A DNA stretch of 64,000 nt from Dehalococcoidia bacterium (GTDB lineage Bacteria; Chloroflexota; Dehalococcoidia; Lucifugimonadales; VXLM01), in contig OY759598.1 of the NCBI GenBank assembly GCA_963662435.1, positions 2,016,507 through 2,080,506 on the forward strand, read 5' to 3'. Of this stretch, positions 9,528-19,037 are shown one piece after another. Below the pieces are notes generated by a model. It was not told the origin of the DNA, did not search any database, and saw only the letters and a list, made by a program, of their open reading frames with translations. Each line of letters starts with the position of its first letter. The stretch's first letter is position 1. The position numbers were made by a program, and so were the translations under genes.

Positions 9528-10664
9528 ATGTTGACAACTCGTCGCGTTTCAAAGCAGATCCAGGTTGGCAGTGTCGCAGTCGGGGGCGACGCGCGGGTGA
9601 CCGTGCAGTCGATGACCAAGACCGACACGCGCGACGTGGCGGCGACCGTCGCCCAGATCCGTGAGGTCGAAGAGGCCGGGTGCGACCTCATCCGGTGCGC
9701 CGTCCCGGACATGGAGGCAGCGCAGGCCCTCGCCGAGATCAAACGACAGATTTCCCTGCCGCTCATCGCAGACATTCACTTTCACTATCAGCTTGCCTTG
9801 GAGGCGCTGAAGAGCGGTGTCGATTGCCTGAGGCTCAACCCCGGCAACATCCGGGACAGGAGCAGGGTGGAAGAAATCGTCCGGGAGGCGAAGGCCCGCC
9901 AGGTGCCGATCAGGATCGGCGTGAACTTCGGGAGTCTGCCTCCCGTCGGCAAGATCGGCGGTCGCGGGACTTCCCGCCATCTCGACGGCGTGAACAACCT
10001 GCCGAAGCCGAACGAGGCACAGCCCGGGGACTACACCGTCGTCGACCACATGGTGGACACGGGGCTGTGGGAGATAGGCATCCTGGAAGACCTCGATTTC
10101 GACCTCATCAAGATCTCGATGAAGGCCTTCGATATCGACACAACCGTGGAAGCGTACCGTCGAATGTCCGAAATCGTCCCCTACCCTCTCCACCTCGGCA
10201 TCACGGAGGCCGGAACGGCGCGGTCGGGGAGCATCCGCAGCGCCATCGGTCTTGGCGCGCTGCTCTACGAAGGGATCGGCGACACGATTCGTGTCTCCCT
10301 CAGCGACGATCCAACCGAAGAGGTCTACACCGGCCTGGATATCCTCAAGTCGTTGGAGCTTCGCAAGGAAGGAGCCACCCTCGTCGCCTGCCCAAGCTGC
10401 GGACGGGCCGACGTGGACATTCGCCAACTCTCAAACACCGTCGATGACCTGCTCCGGCAGCACAAGTCGCCGATCAAGGTGGCCGTCATGGGCTGCGAGG
10501 TCAACGGCCCCGGCGAGGCGAAGGACGCCGACGTCGGCATAGCGGCGGGCGTCGGACGGGCAGTCATATTCCGTAAGGGCCAAAAGGCGCGCGTTGTGGC
10601 GGAGGACGATATGCTGACGGCGCTGATGGAAGAGGTCGGAAAGGCAGAGGCGGAGGTACGATAG
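9528..10664 (+). CDS. ispG: (E)-4-hydroxy-3-methylbut-2-enyl-diphosphate synthase
   Basis: VQSMT, ADIHF, RLNPGNI, IRIGVN.GSL, HLGITEAG, GDTIRVSL, CPSCGR, MGCEVNGPGEA. Confidence 0.96.
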   Translation: MLTTRRVSKQIQVGSVAVGGDARVTVQSMTKTDTRDVAATVAQIREVEEAGCDLIRCAVPDMEAAQALAEIKRQISLPLIADIHFHYQLALEALKSGVDCLRLNPGNIRDRSRVEEIVREAKARQVPIRIGVNFGSLPPVGKIGGRGTSRHLDGVNNLPKPNEAQPGDYTVVDHMVDTGLWEIGILEDLDFDLIKISMKAFDIDTTVEAYRRMSEIVPYPLHLGITEAGTARSGSIRSAIGLGALLYEGIGDTIRVSLSDDPTEEVYTGLDILKSLELRKEGATLVACPSCGRADVDIRQLSNTVDDLLRQHKSPIKVAVMGCEVNGPGEAKDADVGIAAGVGRAVIFRKGQKARVVAEDDMLTALMEEVGKAEAEVR

Positions 10665-10702
10665 GCTGTTAGGGCCAAATCGCCCTACGTCAATCTCACA
10701 GC

Positions 10703-10724
10703 CTTCCCCGAACTCGATACGGGG
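10703..10724. repeat. REP-like palindrome (CCCCGWACTCGATACGGGG family)
   Basis: ccccgaactcgatacgggg; related copies near 12595, 13274 and 13670. Confidence 0.55.
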
Positions 10725-10795
10725 CGAACGGACAAGATCTCTCAACGCACCTCCGTAAATTTTCGCGAATTCATCTCTCGAAAGGAACACGGACA

Positions 10796-12502
10796 TTGCT
10801 CGTTTCCCGAATGCTGGAAAAGACGTTGCGTGACGATCCCGCCGAGGCGGAGATCGTCAGCCACCGGCTGATGCTGCGCGCCGGGCTGATCAACCAGGTC
10901 GCTGCGGGAGTGTACTCGTATCTTCCGCTCGCGTGGAGGTCGCTCAGAAAGATAGAGCAGATCATCCGTGAGGAGATGGACAATGCCGGCGGTCAGGAGC
11001 TTCGGATGCCGGCGCTCCAGCCGTTGGACCTGTGGGACCAATCGGGCCGGTCGGACGTCATGGGCAAGAATATGTTCCGCTTCCAGGATCGGAGAGAACG
11101 CGATCTCGTCATCGCGCCGACACACGAAGAGGTCGTGACAAACATCATCAAGGCGAACGTCCACAGCTATCGCGATCTCCCTCGCATCCTGTACCAGATC
11201 CAGACGAAATTCCGCGACGAGGAACGTCCGCGCGCAGGGCTCCTTCGGGTGCGGGAGTTCGACATGAAGGACGCTTACAGCTTCGACGCCGACGAGGAGG
11301 GACTGGATCTCAGCTACCAGGCAATGGTGAAGGCGTACCAGAATATCTACGCGCGCTGCGGGCTGGACTCCGTGATGGTGGAGGCCGACAGCGGGGCCAT
11401 CGGCGGCAAGGACTCGCACGAGTTCATGGCACTGGCGGAGGCCGGTGAGGACACGATTCTCATGTGTCAGAACGACCAGTGCTCCTACACCGCGAACGAG
11501 GAAAAGGCCGAGTTCGTGAAGCCGGAGCAGCCGGCCGAGGGCCAACTGTCTTTGGAAGAGGTCCATACACCCGGTATCAAGACCATCGAGGCCCTTGCCG
11601 AGTATGAGGGCATACCGGAGAGCAAGACGCTCAAGGCAGTGTTCTACTGGGCGGATGGTGAGGTCGTGTTCGTCGTCATAAGGGGAGACCTCGACGTAAA
11701 TGAAATCAAGCTCAAGAACACGTTGGATGCCGCGGAGCTTCGGTTGGCCACGGCTGAAGAGGTCGAGAGCGCCGGTCTTGTGGCAGGTTCTGCTTCGCCA
11801 ATCGGCCTAGACGGAATTCGAGTCATCGCCGACGACTCGGTGCTGCTGGGTTCCAATTTCCTCGTGGGCGCGAACAGGGAGGACTACCACCTCCGAAACG
11901 CGAACTATGGGCGTGACTTCACAGCGAGCACGATCAAGGACATTGCGCTGGCCAAGGCCGGCAACCTGTGTGCCAGGTGCCGGACGCGAATGGAAGAGCG
12001 ACGCGGCATCGAGGTCGGGCACGTGTTCAAGCTCGGCACGAAGTACAGCGAGGCCCTGGAAGCCTTCTACCCTGCCCAGAACGACACTCAGAAGCCGATC
12101 ACCATGGGGTGCTATGGCATCGGCGTCGGACGGCTGCTGGCTGCCTGCATCGAGCAGAACCACGACGACAAGGGGATCGTCTTCCCACCCACCGTTGCGC
12201 CCTATGACGTGTGGATTACGGCTCTCAACTATGACGCCGACGAAGTCTCCACCGAGGCGATGGCGCTCCACGACGAGCTCCGGGCCTCGGGGTTCGACGT
12301 GATTCTCGACGATAGGAACGAGTCCGCGGGGGTGAAGTTCAACGACGCTGATCTCATCGGCTTGCCCGTGCGACTCGTGGTCAGCCGCCGGAACATCAAG
12401 CAGGGTGTCGTCGAGCTCAAGTTGCGGCGAGAGGCGGATGCCGAGACGGTTGCCCGCGATGAGGTTGGTAAGAGGGTCGCGGAGATTCTTGGGCGAGATT
12501 AG
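10796..12502 (+). CDS. proS: Proline--tRNA ligase with INS editing domain
   Basis: SHRLMLRAG, PTHEE, QIQTKFRDE.RPR.GLLRVREF.MKDAYSF, GIEVGHVFKLG, MGCYGIGV.R. Confidence 0.97.
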   Translation: MLVSRMLEKTLRDDPAEAEIVSHRLMLRAGLINQVAAGVYSYLPLAWRSLRKIEQIIREEMDNAGGQELRMPALQPLDLWDQSGRSDVMGKNMFRFQDRRERDLVIAPTHEEVVTNIIKANVHSYRDLPRILYQIQTKFRDEERPRAGLLRVREFDMKDAYSFDADEEGLDLSYQAMVKAYQNIYARCGLDSVMVEADSGAIGGKDSHEFMALAEAGEDTILMCQNDQCSYTANEEKAEFVKPEQPAEGQLSLEEVHTPGIKTIEALAEYEGIPESKTLKAVFYWADGEVVFVVIRGDLDVNEIKLKNTLDAAELRLATAEEVESAGLVAGSASPIGLDGIRVIADDSVLLGSNFLVGANREDYHLRNANYGRDFTASTIKDIALAKAGNLCARCRTRMEERRGIEVGHVFKLGTKYSEALEAFYPAQNDTQKPITMGCYGIGVGRLLAACIEQNHDDKGIVFPPTVAPYDVWITALNYDADEVSTEAMALHDELRASGFDVILDDRNESAGVKFNDADLIGLPVRLVVSRRNIKQGVVELKLRREADAETVARDEVGKRVAEILGRD

Positions 12503-12680
12503 CCCACTCCGCCACCCATACTTCTAATTCGCCTGGCGCTGGCTCTCGGTTCCGTTGGCCTTTGCATGACTCTGATACCGGCAAAGGCATGTCCCTGTAC
12601 CCCGATACGGGAACCCACCTTGATGTCCCACAATTCCCTGCCGCCCTGCACCCGGAACCTGCAACTGCTCTCCCCTACAT

Positions 12681-12709
12681 TTGACAATTCAGAACACATG
12701 TACCACACT
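12681..12709 (+). promoter_or_regulatory. Sigma70-type promoter with LexA (SOS)-like box in the spacer
   Basis: TTGACA (12681-86), 17 nt, CACACT (12704-09); spacer contains GAAC-ACAT-GTAC, one mismatch to GAAC-N4-GTTC. Confidence 0.65.
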
Positions 12710-12769
12710 ATTAATCAGCGGCCGCACTTCAACGGCCCAACTTTACAATAACGAGGTAAGTGCATCAAA

Positions 12770-13228
12770 ATGCTTCAAAATGCATCAGTTTCCGAAGAGA
12801 ATCTCTCCGATAAGCAGCTGCAGGCGATACCCCTTCTAATCTCATCCAAGTCGGTGAGCGAAGCCGCCGAACTAGCTGGAGTGCACCGCACCACTATCAA
12901 CCGCTGGCTCAGAGACGAGACATTCCGCGCGGCATACGAAGAACAGCGGGACGCCATAGCTTTCTACGCCCGGTCCGGCATGAGGGCGCTCATGCTCAAG
13001 GCAGTGGCCATTCAGGCAGAACGCCTCGACTCCGACGACCCCGTGGAACGCGCCCGCGTCGCAAAGGAAATCATCGACTACGACACCAGGACATCCACAA
13101 ACCACGAGAACCAGAAGCTCGTCTACCGTCTCCACAACCTCATCTACAGCGTCGAAAACCCTCCAAAAGACGAGCGAATCATCAACGCCGAGGTCGACGA
13201 CTTCATCACCTCCCAGGAACGCCTCTGA
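12770..13228 (+). CDS. Helix-turn-helix protein (terminase-small-subunit/phBC6A51-like N-terminus)
   Basis: LSDKQLQAIPLL...SVSEAAELAGVHRTTINRWLRDETFRAAY; SD GAGGT upstream. Confidence 0.75.
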   Translation: MLQNASVSEENLSDKQLQAIPLLISSKSVSEAAELAGVHRTTINRWLRDETFRAAYEEQRDAIAFYARSGMRALMLKAVAIQAERLDSDDPVERARVAKEIIDYDTRTSTNHENQKLVYRLHNLIYSVENPPKDERIINAEVDDFITSQERL

Positions 13229-13247
13229 CCAATCGACCTTCCACTTA

Positions 13248-13862
13248 CCGTCGTGCCGGCGGAGGAACGTCACCCCGTACGACGATTCGGGGCCGGAGTT
13301 TAGTACTCAGTCAACATGATAATTGTGCAGCATTATCCCGTAGCGGGAGAGGGCTATGCCGCTTTATCCCCTCTCCCGTCGTGGGCTGACAGGGGTATGC
13401 AAAATGGATTGTAGCTATGATTCGCCCCAGGCTCTCTGTCATTCCGAGTGGAGCGAGGAATCAAAAGTCCATAACCTCAAGTCCGGAAAGCCGGTGCCGC
13501 GCTTCTATCGTGACGAAGACCGAAAACTGTGTACGAACACCATGGTCAGCTCTACGTTGGGACAGACTCCTTAGATTCTTCGACTCCGCTGCGCTCCGCT
13601 CAGAATGACAGGGCCGGGGTTGCGTTCTGGTGAATGTAGCCCCCCTCTCCCGTTCGCGGGAGAGAGCTTGCCCCGTACTCGATACGGGGGCTGGGGAGAG
13701 GGTAAATGCCTATCCCAGTCCGCCCGTCGTGGGAGAGGGTGAGGACGAGGATGATTCGTAATATCCAAATCATGTGGAATCGGTATCCAATGCCGGGACG
13801 ATGGGTGAACGCTCACACCTCCCCACCATCCCACATCGTCATTCCCGCGGAAGCGGGAATCC
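13248..13862. repeat. Composite cluster of several REP-like palindrome families
   Basis: GTCATTCCGAGTGGAGCGAGGAATC (13438-62) with inverted partner GATTCTTCG...CTCAGAATGACA (13574-610); CCCCTCTCCCG..CGGGAGAG units (13334-13745); GTCATTCCCGCGGAAGCGGGAATCC (13838-62). Confidence 0.8.
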
Positions 13863-13913
13863 GTATTCCCCGGCCAACTTTCGCACCTCTCGCCTCGTCC
13901 CGGGGCACTCCCC

Positions 13914-15068
13914 CTATTGCAGGTTGTCCAGGAATCTGTGAACGATGGACTCGTAGCGTTCGGGGTCGAGGTTCCACGAACCTACGTGGACTGCGTCCTC
14001 AAAGAGGTGGTACTCAACGATGTCGGGGCGCATTTCCGCAAACTGGGCGCTCAAAGATTCAGGAACGCTGAGGTCCTCTGCACCCTGGAAGAGGAGAATG
14101 GGTGCCACGAGTTCGCCTGCGCGCTTGAGGTAGTTCAACTCTTGAATGTCTACCCCGAAGCGAAGGGTGGCGAGGAACTTTGCAAGGCCCGTCAGCGCGC
14201 CGGGCAGCGGCACTCCAAGTATCTTCCGCTGCTCAGCCCCGTAGTCTACGAGGACATCGAAGTTGAGTGCCGGACCGTCGAGGATGACCCCTTTCACCCG
14301 GCCGGCGACCGCTGAGTTGTAGAGGAAGCTGACGACTATCGCGCCCCCCATGCTCTGTCCAACGAGGACGAGGTCTTTCGCTCCCGCTGCGAGGGCGAAC
14401 GTGGCCGCGGCATCAACGTCTTCCCACTCGTCTGCGCCGAACTGGTAGTACCCCGTGGGGCTCAGCGGCAGACCTGGGTCGTTTCGATAGGTGACGGTGA
14501 GAGTCGGATATCCTTTGTCGACGAACATCGGGAGCATCCGGGTGAATGCACGACGTTCGGAACCCTTGCCATGGACGAGAATCACCCACGTATCGGACTC
14601 TCCGAATGTGAGCCAGGCAGGGAAGGTCCCCAGCGTTGAGGGGATTCCTATCTCCTGGAACTCGATGCCCTGTGCTGTAAAAGGGTCGCCGGGGTAGGTG
14701 AAACTGCTGATGCGGACGGGGTCACCAACACTGGGCAGGACACCGAGCGGCACCAGTTCGCGGACCACCGAGTCCTTGCTCGAGTCGTAAATCGTGCGCA
14801 CCTGGTTGTAGGTGTCGGCGGACTCAAGTCCCCACAGGCCTGGTTTGTTCCACCGGCCATCCTGATCGGTCTCGGACGTGGCCTCGAGGGTTACCCGGCC
14901 GGCGGTTATGGAGGCGACACGAAGATCGAAAGGGTCTTCCTCGTGGTCGACGACGAAGGCAGTCTCCTCGATCTCGCCCGAGTAGTACCAGCCTGCACCC
15001 AGGTAACCGGCCAGCACAACTATCACGGCCACTACGATAAGGGTCTGGATCTTGCGTGCGCGGGACAG
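13914..15068 (-). CDS. Membrane-anchored alpha/beta hydrolase (start uncertain)
   Basis: N-terminal TM helix; VILVHGKG, GQSMGG nucleophile elbow, FQGAEDLSVP, AVHVGSWN; SD AAGGAGG precedes CTG at 15068. Confidence 0.85.
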   Translation of the reverse strand: MSRARKIQTLIVVAVIVVLAGYLGAGWYYSGEIEETAFVVDHEEDPFDLRVASITAGRVTLEATSETDQDGRWNKPGLWGLESADTYNQVRTIYDSSKDSVVRELVPLGVLPSVGDPVRISSFTYPGDPFTAQGIEFQEIGIPSTLGTFPAWLTFGESDTWVILVHGKGSERRAFTRMLPMFVDKGYPTLTVTYRNDPGLPLSPTGYYQFGADEWEDVDAAATFALAAGAKDLVLVGQSMGGAIVVSFLYNSAVAGRVKGVILDGPALNFDVLVDYGAEQRKILGVPLPGALTGLAKFLATLRFGVDIQELNYLKRAGELVAPILLFQGAEDLSVPESLSAQFAEMRPDIVEYHLFEDAVHVGSWNLDPERYESIVHRFLDNLQ

Positions 15069-15196
15069 AGGTACGCCTCCTTGAGGATCGGTAGGAGCGC
15101 ATGATATCGCATTGCCGGGGCACGCGCGAGAGTAGCGGGAGTAAGGCAAACCCTGTACGCTTTACGGCGAATTTTCGAACATGGAGAGAATACCTA

Positions 15197-16807
15197 ATGC
15201 CAAGAATGACCGGCGGACAGGCTTTGATCAGGTCGCTTTACCGTGAGGGGGTGCGGACGATCTTCGGGATGCCGGGCGTTCAGATGTACCACGCGATGGA
15301 CGCCATATATGAGGAGCCGGGAATCCGCTTCATCACCGTGCGACACGAGCAGGCAGCTGCCTACATGGCATTTGGGTATTCGAAGGCGGGCGGAGACGGG
15401 ATAGGAACGGCCCTCGTCGTGCCGGGGCCGGGACTCCTCAATGCCACCGCGGGAGTGGGGACAGCCTACTCGGCATCGACCCCGACGCTCCTCGTCTCCG
15501 GCCAGTCGTATACGCACGAGATCGGCAAGGACACCGGCGCACTGCACGAGGTCAACGACCAGTTGGACGTTGTCCGACCGATCACCAAGTGGGCAGCGAG
15601 AATGACGGCGGTCGGGGAAGTGCCCGATACGGTGCACGAGGCCTTTCGGATGCTCAAGACCGGCCGTCCCCGGCCCGTGGAGATCGAAATCGCCTGGGAC
15701 ACCCTCGCAGACGTGGAGGACGTCGATCTTCTCGAGCCGGCGATCTATGAACCCCTCGCGCCGGATGACAGTGACGTCAAGCAAGTCGTCGATATGCTCT
15801 CCCAGGCTGAACGCCCGCTCATCTGGGCGGGCTGGGGAGTCGCCATGTCGGACGCAAGCGATGCATTGGCGCAGGTGGCCGAACACATGCAGGCGCCGGT
15901 AATGACCTCCGCCGAGGGCAAGGGGGCAATTCCTTACGACCACCCGCTGTCCCTGGGAACCCCGGGTTGGAGATTCGGCCCACCGGACCTCGACGCGCTC
16001 GTGGGCGATGCCGACCTCGTGCTCGCCGTCGGGACTCGCCTGGGGAGGACGAACCTCACGAGCGATCATCGCATTGTACAGATCGACGTGGATGCCGATG
16101 AGATCGGACGCAATTTCCCTCAGGCGATAGGTGTCCACGGCGACGCCCGGGTAACGCTCGAACGCATCCACGACAGCCTGAAGACATCGGTTCCAAGCCG
16201 CGAGAGTCGGGCCGCTGAGATCGCCGCGATCAAGCGGAAGAGGGCCAATCCGGCGACCTTCGTGCAGCCGCAGGGCGGGTTCGTGGAGGCCATCCAGAAC
16301 GTGATGCCCGACGAGGGCATCCTGGTGGAAGGGGTGACGCAGATCGGGTACGCGTCGCGCGAACTGTACACCAGCCAGCAGACGAGGACCTACATAACGT
16401 CATCGTACTTCGGGAATCTGGGATACGCCTACCCGACTGCCCTTGGCGCCAAGGTGGCAAAGCCCGACGTGCCGGTCGTGGCAGTCTCGGGTGACGGCGG
16501 GTTCCTGTACAACTCGCAGGAGCTGGCCACGGCGGTGAAATACGGGATCAACGCGGTCGCCATTGTCTTCAACGACAACGCATTCGGGAACGTCTATCGC
16601 GACCAGATCAACAAGTTCGACGGAAGGGCTATCGGCTCGAAACTGCACAACCCGGACTTCATGAAACTGGCGGATGCCTACGGAGCCCGAGGCGTGAGAG
16701 TCCACGACGCGGAGGAGCTTGAGTCTGCACTTGAGGAAGCGCTGGATGCCGACGCGCCGGGACTCATCGAGGTGCCCGTAGGGATGATGCCGGACCCGTT
16801 CGTGTAG
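15197..16807 (+). CDS. Thiamine-pyrophosphate-dependent enzyme (acetolactate synthase-like)
   Basis: IFGMPG, VRHEQAAAYMA, PGPGLLN, GRPRPV, GDGGF...FNDNAFG TPP motif. Confidence 0.9.
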   Translation: MPRMTGGQALIRSLYREGVRTIFGMPGVQMYHAMDAIYEEPGIRFITVRHEQAAAYMAFGYSKAGGDGIGTALVVPGPGLLNATAGVGTAYSASTPTLLVSGQSYTHEIGKDTGALHEVNDQLDVVRPITKWAARMTAVGEVPDTVHEAFRMLKTGRPRPVEIEIAWDTLADVEDVDLLEPAIYEPLAPDDSDVKQVVDMLSQAERPLIWAGWGVAMSDASDALAQVAEHMQAPVMTSAEGKGAIPYDHPLSLGTPGWRFGPPDLDALVGDADLVLAVGTRLGRTNLTSDHRIVQIDVDADEIGRNFPQAIGVHGDARVTLERIHDSLKTSVPSRESRAAEIAAIKRKRANPATFVQPQGGFVEAIQNVMPDEGILVEGVTQIGYASRELYTSQQTRTYITSSYFGNLGYAYPTALGAKVAKPDVPVVAVSGDGGFLYNSQELATAVKYGINAVAIVFNDNAFGNVYRDQINKFDGRAIGSKLHNPDFMKLADAYGARGVRVHDAEELESALEEALDADAPGLIEVPVGMMPDPFV

Positions 16808-16814
16808 AAGCCCC

Positions 16815-17915
16815 TCAGTCCAGATTGAACGGGATGCCCATCCGCGTGCAGGTCGAGCGGAACCACTCGATAACCTCGATGTGCAGCGGAATCCCATTTG
16901 CCAGGCGTTCTTCCGTCGTCTCCGCCTCTTTGAGGCCGGGATACAGCACGCGTTCGTGACCGGGGGCGGGCCTCGTCGTGCGCAGCATGTGGAGCCATTC
17001 ATCCATGGTCTGCTTGAACTCTGCCGTGTCCATGAATGCCTCCACATCGTACGCAGCGACATAGTGGTTGAAATTCGGGCGGCCCGGAACCACTCCGTAC
17101 CCCCCGCCGCTGAGAATGCCTCCGAGGATATCCACGATGGCCATCAGCCCGTAGCCCTTGTGGGAGCCCAGGTCGGGGGTGCTGCCCAGCGGCAGGATGC
17201 TCGCCAGAGGTATGCCGTCCGGTCCCAGGGGCGGAGCGTCCACCTCGTGCATGATAGGCGTGCCGTCTTCGTCGGCAACCCAGCCGGGGAGGAGTTGCAC
17301 ACCAAGACGGCGGGCGAGGACGAGCTTGTTGGCAGGGACAATGCTCATGGCGGCGTCGAACACGAACGGCGCTTCCCGATCGGCGGGAGCGGCCAGTGCA
17401 ATGGGGTTCGTCCCGAATCGAGGCTCCGCGCCGAAGGTGGGATTGACGTTTGCCGGACAGGACGACATGGTCATGCCTATCATGTCGTGTTCCAACGCCA
17501 TCATCGCGTGGTAAGAGATCATGCCCAGATGGCGGCTGTTGCGGATCGTGACGACGCCGACCCCGACATGCTTCGCCTTCGCGATGGCCATCTCCATGGC
17601 CTCGGGACCTACGACAATGCCGAGTCCGCGATCGGAGTCGATGCTCGCGGTGGCAGGAGTCTCCCTCAGGACCCGCCAGTTGGCGGCTGGGTTGATTTCA
17701 TCCTCTTTGAATCCCTGGACGTAGCCCCTCAGCGCGTTGGAGACTCCGTGGCTCTCCACTCCGCGCAGGTCGGCGGCGATCAGGACGTCCGTCGCCCGCC
17801 TCGCGTCTTCTTCGGGAACGCCGCATTTGAGAAAGACCGCCAGCACAACCTCACGCAGGTCGCTCTCCCCAACCCGTATAGAGTCCAAGTCAGTGACTTT
17901 CAGTCGGTCGATCAT
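16815..17915 (-). CDS. Ldh_2 family (type 2 malate/L-lactate/sulfolactate) oxidoreductase
   Basis: ADLRGVESHG, NSRHLG, GTNPIALAAP, GSHKGYGL, VLYPG. Confidence 0.9.
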   Translation of the reverse strand: MIDRLKVTDLDSIRVGESDLREVVLAVFLKCGVPEEDARRATDVLIAADLRGVESHGVSNALRGYVQGFKEDEINPAANWRVLRETPATASIDSDRGLGIVVGPEAMEMAIAKAKHVGVGVVTIRNSRHLGMISYHAMMALEHDMIGMTMSSCPANVNPTFGAEPRFGTNPIALAAPADREAPFVFDAAMSIVPANKLVLARRLGVQLLPGWVADEDGTPIMHEVDAPPLGPDGIPLASILPLGSTPDLGSHKGYGLMAIVDILGGILSGGGYGVVPGRPNFNHYVAAYDVEAFMDTAEFKQTMDEWLHMLRTTRPAPGHERVLYPGLKEAETTEERLANGIPLHIEVIEWFRSTCTRMGIPFNLD

Positions 17916-18060
17916 CCAGTTCCTCCGGCTCACGTTCGAATGCACAGAGAACAATTCTAGTCGCGGTCACCTCGAGGTGCAATCCAGGTCTTCGAGTGAC
18001 GAATGTCGTTTGACTTTGCTACACTTCGGGCGAAGTGGAACCCAACGGAGGTGTGATTCC

Positions 18061-19023
18061 GTGACGACACTAGAGGCTACCGGCGTTCGCGGTCGAATGT
18101 GCGCAGTGTTCTCGGAGGCGGAAGGCGAGGACCCTTGCGGATCGGCTCCCATGTGGGACCACTGCCTCGTGATGGAAGTCCCGACTCCGTGGGAGCACGA
18201 GGTGATGGACTCTCCTGCCTTTCCATCGGGAGTAGCCGACCTCCTCGAGATACGTCCCGATGTACGCCTTCAGGTAATTCAGCCCGACGACACATACTCC
18301 GTGGAAGGGAGCACGAGGATCATGCTCTTCTCGCGGCCAGAAGCGCCCATGCGGGAAATGGAGCGCCGAGAGTTCCTCGTTCCCTCAGACGGCGTTCTCG
18401 ACGCGGTGTCGACGATTCTCGGCGGCGGCAATGAGGTGCTTGCCGAATGGGAACAGAACAATGACGGCATGCGGGACTTGCTGGTTTGCACGCACGGCTC
18501 GCGGGACATCTGCTGTGCGTCCATCGGTCAGCCTACGTATCTCGAACTCTATTCCAAGTACGCCAATGGCTCCACAAGAGTGTGGCGGCTTTCGCATACC
18601 GGCGGTCACCGTCTGGCGCCGAACGTGATAGACATGCCGAGCGGAAGGTACTGGTCGAGGCTTACACCACCCCTCGCGAACCAGGTTGCCGCTCATTCTG
18701 GGGACGTTGCCGGGTTGCATGACTCCTACCGTGGTTGGCCTGCTCTCGCCAGTCCCTGCGCGCAGATGGCGGAACGGGAGGCCTTCATGCGAGAGGGGTG
18801 GGAGTGGACCGGCCGCCGCGTCGAGTCTGAAGTCCTGGAAACGTCGGACGACGGCCTCGAGGAAAGGGTTGTCGTCAGGTCATTGGACGCCGGCGGGGTC
18901 GCGTCGACGTATGAGGCTGTGGTCAGGCAGAGCGGGATGGTCCAGTCCATCGAGTGCCTGTCGGACACGTTGGCCAAGGACTACCCGCAGTTCGAGTTGG
19001 TGAGCTTCGAGGCCGTGGGCTGA
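18061..19023 (+). CDS. Sucrase/ferredoxin-like protein
   Basis: C....GEDP.GSA...EVPTPW; LLVCTHGSRDICCA.IG; SHTGGHRLAPN...P.GRYW; YRGW. Confidence 0.88.
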   Translation: MTTLEATGVRGRMCAVFSEAEGEDPCGSAPMWDHCLVMEVPTPWEHEVMDSPAFPSGVADLLEIRPDVRLQVIQPDDTYSVEGSTRIMLFSRPEAPMREMERREFLVPSDGVLDAVSTILGGGNEVLAEWEQNNDGMRDLLVCTHGSRDICCASIGQPTYLELYSKYANGSTRVWRLSHTGGHRLAPNVIDMPSGRYWSRLTPPLANQVAAHSGDVAGLHDSYRGWPALASPCAQMAEREAFMREGWEWTGRRVESEVLETSDDGLEERVVVRSLDAGGVASTYEAVVRQSGMVQSIECLSDTLAKDYPQFELVSFEAVG

Positions 19024-19037
19024 GTTCGGTCTCCGGA

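Noticed and set aside
12770..13228. Prophage terminase small subunit
   Set aside because: No large terminase, portal, capsid or integrase nearby
13356..14071. Short ORFs in the proS-hydrolase gap (e.g. CHSEWSEES, VIPAEAGI, VILSGAQRSRRI)
   Set aside because: These peptides are translations of the palindromic repeats; no SD or family motifs
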